A DNA stretch of 64,000 nucleotides from assembly GCA_934119955.1 (NCBI GenBank), contig CAKOSZ010000002.1:18505-82504 (forward strand), written 5' to 3'. Shown in pieces: positions 52,057-58,882 of the stretch; within the stretch, counting starts at the first letter, position 1, and every line of letters starts with the position of its first letter. The stretch is from an uncultured Bacilli bacterium. GTDB taxonomy: Bacteria > Bacillota_I > Bacilli_A > RF39 > UBA660. A model generated the notes under the pieces. It saw nothing but the letters and a program-made list of their open reading frames with translations, had not been told where the DNA came from and searched no databases. Both the position numbers and the translations under genes were made by a program.

Positions 52057-52100
52057 TAAAAGAATTAAAAAAATTTATAGAATGGTATAAAATAAGTAAA
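52057..52100 (+). repeat. ~40-bp remnant copy of the 3-prime end of the epimerase gene (50517..51485), reading KELKKFIEWYKISK*.
   Basis: aaagaattaaaaaaatttatagaatggtataaaat matches gaaggaattaaaaaatttatagaatggcataaaaat at about 51440-51475. Confidence 0.5.
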
Positions 52101-52155
52101 TAAGGTTGAAAAACTTTATTTATTTTGGTATTCTATTATTAGAAAAGAGGTAAAG

Positions 52156-53514
52156 ATGAAAATAGCAGTGGCAGGAACAGGTTATGTTGGTTTGGTTACA
52201 GGTGTTGCACTTGCTCATATAGGCCATAAAGTAACTTGTGTTGATATTGACGAAAATAAAATAAAAAAGATGCAAGAAGGAATTAGTCCAATTTATGAAG
52301 AAGGACTTGAAGAATTAATGCATTTAGACAGTAAAAATTTAAGTTATACAACTGATTATAAAAGTGCATATAAAGATGCTGATGTAATTTTTATAGGAGT
52401 TGGTACCCCAGAAAATAAGGATGGTTCAGCAAATTTAACATATTTATATGCTGTTTTAGATCAAATTGCTGAATCAGTTAGTAAGGATACAGTAGTTGTA
52501 ATTAAATCAACTGTTCCAATTGGAACTAATGATGAGGTTGAGGTATATATAAACGATAAAGTTGATTTTAATATTAGAATTGTAAGTAATCCTGAGTTTT
52601 TAGCACAAGGAACAGCAGTTCATGATACTTTATATGCAACAAGAATTGTTGTAGGAGTAAATGATGATTATGCTAAAAAAGTAATGACTAAATTATATAA
52701 ACCATTAACCGAAGAACCATATAACGTACCATTTTTAGTAATGGATAGAAGAAGTGCTGAAATGGTAAAATATGCATCAAATGATTTTTTAGCCTTAAAA
52801 ATATCTTATATAAATGAAATAGCAAATTTCTGTGAAGCCATAGGTGCTGATATTAGTTTAGTTACAAAAGGAATGAGTTTTGATCCAAGAATTGGAAATA
52901 AATTTCTAAATCCAGGAATTGGTTATGGAGGATCATGTTTTCCAAAAGATACAAAAGCTCTTCATTTTTTAAGTAAAGAACTAGGATGTGAAATAAAAAC
53001 CTTAAAAGCATCAATTGAAATTAATAAAAATCAAAAAATGGTTTTAATTAACAAATTAGAAAAATTAATTCCAGATTTTACTAATAAAACAATTTCTGTT
53101 TTAGGACTTACTTTTAAACCAAACACTGATGATTTAAGAGAAGCACCTTCAATTGAAAATATTAAATATTTATTAAAACAAGGTGTAACTATAAAAGCAT
53201 TTGATCCAATTGGAATTAATAATTTTAAAAAAGTATTATCATTCGATAAAACACTTGATAATTATTTGGACAACATAACTTATTATGATAATATAGATGA
53301 TGCTATTAAAGGTAGTGATGCTTGCCTAATCATGACTGAATGGAAAGATATAAAAGAATATCCTTTAATAAACTATGAAAAATTAATGAATTCACCAATT
53401 ATATTTGATGGTAGAAATTGTTATGATTTAGATAATGTTAAAAAACATAATATCTATTATAATTCAATTGGAAGACATGATATTGGAGAAATAAAAAATC
53501 TAATAAATAATTAA
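52156..53514 (+). CDS. ugd: UDP-glucose 6-dehydrogenase.
   Basis: MKIAVAGTGYVGLVTGVALA, catalytic GGSCFPKDT, and ~450 aa. Confidence 0.9.
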   Translation: MKIAVAGTGYVGLVTGVALAHIGHKVTCVDIDENKIKKMQEGISPIYEEGLEELMHLDSKNLSYTTDYKSAYKDADVIFIGVGTPENKDGSANLTYLYAVLDQIAESVSKDTVVVIKSTVPIGTNDEVEVYINDKVDFNIRIVSNPEFLAQGTAVHDTLYATRIVVGVNDDYAKKVMTKLYKPLTEEPYNVPFLVMDRRSAEMVKYASNDFLALKISYINEIANFCEAIGADISLVTKGMSFDPRIGNKFLNPGIGYGGSCFPKDTKALHFLSKELGCEIKTLKASIEINKNQKMVLINKLEKLIPDFTNKTISVLGLTFKPNTDDLREAPSIENIKYLLKQGVTIKAFDPIGINNFKKVLSFDKTLDNYLDNITYYDNIDDAIKGSDACLIMTEWKDIKEYPLINYEKLMNSPIIFDGRNCYDLDNVKKHNIYYNSIGRHDIGEIKNLINN

Positions 53515-53568
53515 AAAGTTCTTTTAAAAAGAATTTTTTTGTTATATAATGATAATAGAGGTGTTTGT

Positions 53569-54774
53569 ATGAATGATATATATGATTATGACGAATATTT
53601 AGAACCAAAAAAAGAAAAAGTATTACTTGATACTAATAAATCTAGTAGTGATAAGAAAAAAACAAATAAAAAAAAGATAAATAGTAATAAAAGTCCAAAT
53701 AAAAAGAAGATGAATGAAGAAAATAAGAAAAATTTAATACGTTCTATTATTTTAATAGTAGCCTTAATTGGTTTAGTAGGAGCATTTATCTTTTATAAAA
53801 AAATGAGTACTCCTTCAAGTAAACCTAGTAAACCTAATAATAATTCCGGTATAAAAGATGATAATAAGGAAGAAGTTAAAAAAGTTAGTATTATAGATAC
53901 TGATAGTAATACTCGTCCCTTTGCAGTTATGATTAATTGTCATAATGGAGCACTTCCGCAAGCAGGTCTTAATAATGCCTACATTGTTTACGAATTAATG
54001 GTTGAAGGTGGTATTACTAGAATGATGGCCTTATTTAAAGATAAAGAGGTTAATAAAATAGGATCAGTTAGAAGTGCTAGAACACAGTACTTGGATTATG
54101 TTTATGAAAATGATGCAATTTATGCTCATGCCGGAGGAGCAGCTGATGCGGACAGAAGACTTGCTAGTGAAAAAATAAATCACGTGGATGTAGACTCTGC
54201 TTATGGTATTCGTGATACCTCATTAAAACGTGCTTGGGAACATAAATTGTTTACAACAACAACTCTTATAAAAAAAGGTGCAACTGATAAAGGTTATAGA
54301 TTAACAACAGATGTTAAAAGTTTGCTTAAATATACTCCCAATGAAATAGATCCAACTACCTATCAAGGAAATAAAGTTGCTAATAATGTTAGTATTAAAT
54401 ATTCATATTATAGAACATCAAACTACACCTATGACATATCATCTAAAACTTATTTAAGAAGTATGAATAATACTAAAAATACTGATTTAGTAACAGGTGA
54501 ACAATATAAAGTTAAAAATATCTTAGTTTATGCTGTTAATTATTCTAGTTACTGTGATCATGGATATTGTCAATATCAAAAAATTGATAATGTTGGATCA
54601 GGCGAAGGATTTTATATAACAAACGGATATTCTATTCCAATTACTTGGGAAAAATCAAGTAAAAATACTAAAACTACTTATAAATTAAAGGAAACTGGTA
54701 AAGAACTTGAATTAAATGATGGAAATACTTATATTCAAATATACCCAACTAGTGGAAAATTAACAATTAATTAA
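53569..54774 (+). CDS. Membrane-anchored DUF3048 (YerB-like) family protein. The track uses a TTG start at 53539; the ATG after AGAGGTG is preferred.
   Basis: Lys-rich N-terminus, a TM helix, and a conserved block RPFAVMINCHNGALPQAGLNNAYIVYELMVEGGITRMMALF...SARTQYLDYV reminiscent of DUF3048. Confidence 0.45.
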   Translation: MNDIYDYDEYLEPKKEKVLLDTNKSSSDKKKTNKKKINSNKSPNKKKMNEENKKNLIRSIILIVALIGLVGAFIFYKKMSTPSSKPSKPNNNSGIKDDNKEEVKKVSIIDTDSNTRPFAVMINCHNGALPQAGLNNAYIVYELMVEGGITRMMALFKDKEVNKIGSVRSARTQYLDYVYENDAIYAHAGGAADADRRLASEKINHVDVDSAYGIRDTSLKRAWEHKLFTTTTLIKKGATDKGYRLTTDVKSLLKYTPNEIDPTTYQGNKVANNVSIKYSYYRTSNYTYDISSKTYLRSMNNTKNTDLVTGEQYKVKNILVYAVNYSSYCDHGYCQYQKIDNVGSGEGFYITNGYSIPITWEKSSKNTKTTYKLKETGKELELNDGNTYIQIYPTSGKLTIN

Positions 54775-54790
54775 AAAAATGAATAAAATT
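54669..54790 (+). repeat. Direct repeat copy A: the native 3-prime end of the DUF3048 gene plus ~15 nt downstream.
   Basis: ~105-120 bp at about 90% identity to 61330..61455. The first 53 nt are identical. Confidence 0.8.
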
Positions 54791-54890
54791 GCTAGAATAT
54801 ATTTTAGCTTGTAAATAGTTTGTAAACGTATGTTGATTTTCACTAAATAATTGATACAATATTAATTGTATTTAGTTGAAGGAGTAACAT

Positions 54891-54998
54891 ATGAATAATT
54901 GTTTAACCATGTTTTGTATTTTTTGTATAGAATTAATTAGTTGCGTTACAATTAGTTTTTTATTGACGCCTTTTGTTAGTGCATTTGTTATTTCTTAA
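54891..54998 (+). CDS. 35-aa hydrophobic Cys-rich small ORF (MNNCLTMFCIFCIELISCVTISFLLTPFVSAFVIS); a candidate leader/attenuator peptide or small membrane peptide.
   Basis: RBS aaggag at a 6-nt spacing. A strong intrinsic terminator follows immediately. Absent from the track. Confidence 0.3.
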   Translation: MNNCLTMFCIFCIELISCVTISFLLTPFVSAFVIS

Positions 54999-55040
54999 AA
55001 GATGATAAATTTCATTTTGATTTTTTATCATCTTTTTTAT
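54999..55040 (+). terminator. Rho-independent terminator / attenuator hairpin between the small ORF and the nucleotidyltransferase gene.
   Basis: Perfect 11-bp stem aagatgataaa / tttatcatctt, a ~14-nt loop, then ttttat. Confidence 0.6.
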
Positions 55041-55100
55041 ATCAACTTTAAATATTTTGATTTCATTAAAACGTTTTAAAAGAAAAAGTGAATAGGCTTT

Positions 55101-55946
55101 ATGGAGAAATGTATGGTAATTGAAAAATATAATAAGGAAATTGAAGAAACGATTAAAGTTTTAAAATCCATTAAAAGTTTATTTTTTTCATCAATTAATA
55201 TCTATGGTTCAGCTTTAGATGAAAAAATATTTAAAACAGGTTATTCTGATATTGATATGATATTAATGAGTGAGAATTTTAAGGACTTGGATTTAGAAAA
55301 AATAGTTGCTGATATTAGCAAATTAAATGCAGATTTTAAAGAAAAAAGACCAATGATTGTAGATGATCATTTGTGTAAAAGAATAGAATTTTATTTAAAA
55401 TATAAGGATATTGCTATTGATATTACAATAGCCCCTGCTCTTATACCATCTTATGAATCGTTAGAAAAAAACGTTTGGCATGATACTTTTGAGGCGTTGA
55501 TGGGTGGTGTATATGAAAGGTCTATTAGTTTATATGGTAAAATACCGGATTATGATAAATTTATAAAAGAATTTTATCCGTTTTATAGTGATGATTTACG
55601 AATTAAAAGGCTTGATATATTAGCAAATAGAATTTTAGCTACAAATGAGTCTATACTTGAAGATGTAAAAAATAAAAACTTAGATGCTGTTGATCATATA
55701 TATAAAATTAGAAAACATTTTCTTATGTTTTTGTATATTTATTATAGAAAATATTTTTTAAGTCCAGAAAAACATATCTATTATCAATTAGAAAACATTT
55801 TAAATCTATCTACTGAAGAAAAAAATATTCTATGTTTTAATAAAGGAAATGTATTTGATTCTTCAAGGGAATTTTTAGAAATGTCTAATGATTATATTAA
55901 TAGATATTATAATGATAAAAAAGTTTTAATTAAGGAGAAGAAATAA
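55101..55946 (+). CDS. Pol-beta-superfamily nucleotidyltransferase of the Lnu / ANT(6) / KNTase-like small-molecule O-nucleotidyltransferase type.
   Basis: IYGSALDEKIFKTGYSDIDMILM (the G-S ... D-x-D nucleotidyltransferase motif) resembles the LnuB/LinB N-terminus (YGSFTKGEGDQYSDIEF). ~280 aa with a helical C-terminal domain. Confidence 0.55.
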   Translation: MEKCMVIEKYNKEIEETIKVLKSIKSLFFSSINIYGSALDEKIFKTGYSDIDMILMSENFKDLDLEKIVADISKLNADFKEKRPMIVDDHLCKRIEFYLKYKDIAIDITIAPALIPSYESLEKNVWHDTFEALMGGVYERSISLYGKIPDYDKFIKEFYPFYSDDLRIKRLDILANRILATNESILEDVKNKNLDAVDHIYKIRKHFLMFLYIYYRKYFLSPEKHIYYQLENILNLSTEEKNILCFNKGNVFDSSREFLEMSNDYINRYYNDKKVLIKEKK

Positions 55947-55947
55947 T

Positions 55948-57624
55948 ATGAAAATAAATGAATATTTTGGAAATTATAAAGAAAATAATTTAAATCAATT
56001 AATAAGTTATATGGAAAAGTTAGATAGTAAATTAGACAAATATTATAACTTTGGTAAACCTTTTTTTAAAGGAGAATATAAACTTAAATATGGAGAATTT
56101 TTAGAACAAAAAAATTTAAATAAAAATTCATTAATTAGCGAAGATGTATTCAATTATATTGCCCCATATTTTAAAAATATACCTAATTGGAATAATCCAG
56201 GAACTATGATTAATGTTATTCCACCGGTTAATTTAATTTCTTTAGCAGTATCAAATATTGCTAGTATGTATAATCCAAATTTTGCTCAAGATACTTATGC
56301 AGGTATGCTTATTACTTCTGAAATGGAAGTTTCTAAATATTTATCAAATTTAGTAGGCTGGAATTGGAAACATACTCATGGTGTATTTACATTTGGCGGT
56401 AAAGGGACAAATTTATATGCAACTAAAATAGCCATTAATAAAGCAGATCCAAATGTAAAAAATAATGGATGTGAAAGAAATAAATATTTTATGTTAACAA
56501 GCAAAAATGGTCATCCATGTCATTATGAAGTATGCAATTGGCTTGGAATAGGAATTTCTAACTGCTATGAAATAGAATGTGACAAAAATGGTCAAATGGA
56601 CATAGATCAAGCAAGAGAAATAATAGAAAAAAATATTGAAAATGGAAAAACTTTTTTAGGTTTTAATCTAACAGCAGGAAGTACAAATGAATTATATGTT
56701 GATCCTATAAAAAAAGTTTATGATTTAAATAAAGAAATAATTTTAAAATATAAATTAAATTATGTTCCGCATATACATGCTGATGCAGTGTTAGGATGGG
56801 TATATTTATTTTTTAATACTTATGATTTTAGAAAAAATCCATTATTAATAGAAAAAGATAATTTAAAAAAAATTAAAAGCTTAAATAAAAAAGTAAAAGA
56901 ATTAAAATATGCAGATTCAATAGGTGTTGATTTTCATAAAACAGGTTTTTGTCCATATACTTCTAGTATTGTTTTATTTAAAAATAAAGAAGATTATTTT
57001 ACACTTGATTCAAAAGACAATATTTCTATTGAAGAACTTGAGTATGGAAATTATAATCCATATCATACAACCTTAGAATTAACACGTTCTAGTAATGGTC
57101 CATTAACATCATTATGTACATTAAAATCGCTTGGTATTGAGGGATTTCAAAAGATAATTAGTAAAATGTTTTCAACTACTGAATATTTTAGAAAAAAAAT
57201 TGCTCAAGATAAACGAATATGTTTGATAAATCCAGAAACTGAAGGCTTAGCTAGTTTATTTATTATAAAACCTACCAAATATATTACTTTATCACTGGAC
57301 GAAATATTAAAATTACCACCTGAAGAAATTGCTGAAATAAGAAATTATAATGTTAACTATGGTAAATATATTTTGGAGCAATCTAAAAATGGTTATATAA
57401 GTTTTACATATACATCTTCTAGAAGCTATATTGTTCCTGGTACGAATGTTAAAATAGGTGCATTGAAAGCATATCCAATGTCAGTATTTTTAAATTATGA
57501 AGAGATTGATAGAATATTAAAAGAAATTGATACATCTATAAACTCTTATAGTCAAATTGATAATAAAAAATTTGATAATAAAATTTCTATATCTGATAAC
57601 ATGGTATATCGTGAAAAAAAATAG
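55948..57624 (+). CDS. PLP-dependent group II amino-acid decarboxylase family protein.
   Basis: HIHADAVLGW (D-A-A/V-x-G) and the PLP-lysine motif DFHKTGFCPY. ~560 aa. Confidence 0.65.
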   Translation: MKINEYFGNYKENNLNQLISYMEKLDSKLDKYYNFGKPFFKGEYKLKYGEFLEQKNLNKNSLISEDVFNYIAPYFKNIPNWNNPGTMINVIPPVNLISLAVSNIASMYNPNFAQDTYAGMLITSEMEVSKYLSNLVGWNWKHTHGVFTFGGKGTNLYATKIAINKADPNVKNNGCERNKYFMLTSKNGHPCHYEVCNWLGIGISNCYEIECDKNGQMDIDQAREIIEKNIENGKTFLGFNLTAGSTNELYVDPIKKVYDLNKEIILKYKLNYVPHIHADAVLGWVYLFFNTYDFRKNPLLIEKDNLKKIKSLNKKVKELKYADSIGVDFHKTGFCPYTSSIVLFKNKEDYFTLDSKDNISIEELEYGNYNPYHTTLELTRSSNGPLTSLCTLKSLGIEGFQKIISKMFSTTEYFRKKIAQDKRICLINPETEGLASLFIIKPTKYITLSLDEILKLPPEEIAEIRNYNVNYGKYILEQSKNGYISFTYTSSRSYIVPGTNVKIGALKAYPMSVFLNYEEIDRILKEIDTSINSYSQIDNKKFDNKISISDNMVYREKK

Positions 57625-57641
57625 AGGAGATATTAAGTTAT

Positions 57642-58766
57642 ATGAAAAAAAATATTTATAAACCAAATTATGATAGAAGCATTTTATCTATCAGTTCTTC
57701 AATAATGAAGTATTATGGAATGAATTTAAATTATAAATCATTAGGTGAATTAGATAATTTATTAGAAAAAAAGTATAAAAATGTTATTTTTTTAATATTA
57801 GATTGCTTGGGAACAAAAGTGTTAACTGATAATTTGAAAGATGATTCTCTGTTAAGAACCAATTTAATAACAAATGTAACATCAGTATTTCCACCTACGA
57901 CCGCTGCAGCTACAACAGCATTTCATTCCGGAATATCACCACTAGAAAATGGATGGATTGGTTGGATGCCATATTTTAAAGAATATAATAAAATAATAGA
58001 ACTCTTTACTGGTAATGATTTTTATACAAGGGAAAAAGTAATTGAACCATTTGACGATAAGTTGTTAAAATATAAAACAATTTATGAAAAAATAAGTGAG
58101 ACTAATAAAAATGTAAAATATCATAAAATATTTCCAGCAAATATTGATGCTAATGGTGCATCTTCATTTAAAGAATTGTGTGATAAAATTAAAAAGTGTT
58201 GTAATAATAGGACAACCAATTTGATTTCGGCTTATTGGAATGAACCAGATCATACAATTCATAACAATGGTGTTAATAATGAAGCGGTAAAAAATGTTTT
58301 AAACGATATAGAAATGAATTTAAAAGAACTTACAACTAACTTAAAAGATAGTATTGTAATAATTTCTGCTGATCATGGTGCTGTTGATGTCAAAGAAGTT
58401 TATATAAATGAAATTGCGGATATTAATGATTGTTTAGCTATGCCACCTTCCATAGAATCAAGATTTGTAACTTTTTTTATAAAAAAAGGAATGAAAAATA
58501 AATTCAAAAAAGCAATCAAAGAACATTTTAAAGATGGTTATATTTTATATAATAAAGAGCAATTCATGCACGAAAACTTACTAGGTAGAGGTTTATCTAA
58601 TCAAAGAATAAATAGTTATTTTGGTGATTATATATTGATATTATATTCTAATTTAAATATTAGATATTCTATTTCTTCTCAAAAAGATAAAATACATTTG
58701 GCTGATCATGGTGGAATAACTAAAGAAGAAATGATGGTGCCATTAATTGTATTAGATTGTAAATAA
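57642..58766 (+). CDS. Alkaline-phosphatase-superfamily metalloenzyme of the type I phosphodiesterase / nucleotide pyrophosphatase (NPP) family, cytoplasmic (no TM helix).
   Basis: VIFLILDCLG (metal-ligand Asp), TSVFPPTTAAATTAFHSGISPLENG (Thr nucleophile region as in NPP T-FP...T..TG..P..HG), ISADHGAVD and LADHGG metal sites. Confidence 0.6.
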   Translation: MKKNIYKPNYDRSILSISSSIMKYYGMNLNYKSLGELDNLLEKKYKNVIFLILDCLGTKVLTDNLKDDSLLRTNLITNVTSVFPPTTAAATTAFHSGISPLENGWIGWMPYFKEYNKIIELFTGNDFYTREKVIEPFDDKLLKYKTIYEKISETNKNVKYHKIFPANIDANGASSFKELCDKIKKCCNNRTTNLISAYWNEPDHTIHNNGVNNEAVKNVLNDIEMNLKELTTNLKDSIVIISADHGAVDVKEVYINEIADINDCLAMPPSIESRFVTFFIKKGMKNKFKKAIKEHFKDGYILYNKEQFMHENLLGRGLSNQRINSYFGDYILILYSNLNIRYSISSQKDKIHLADHGGITKEEMMVPLIVLDCK

Positions 58767-58797
58767 AAAATAGGTGTAAAGCGGCTATATATATTAT

Positions 58798-58826
58798 TGT
58801 AAAGGAAAAAAATATATGCTAAAATA
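58798..58826 (+). promoter_or_regulatory. Candidate sigma-A promoter for leuS. No T-box leader is present; the 5-prime UTR is only ~115 nt.
   Basis: TTGTAA, a 17-nt spacer, then TAAAAT. Confidence 0.4.
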
Positions 58827-58882
58827 AAATACAATTTTATTAAATGTTTTTGTTACACATAATTGAAAGGATGTGAAAAATT

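Noticed and set aside
58767-58882. Possible T-box riboswitch leader upstream of leuS.
   Set aside because: The intergenic region is only ~115 nt and contains a promoter. That is too short for a T-box (~250 nt), and no specifier or T-box sequence is visible.
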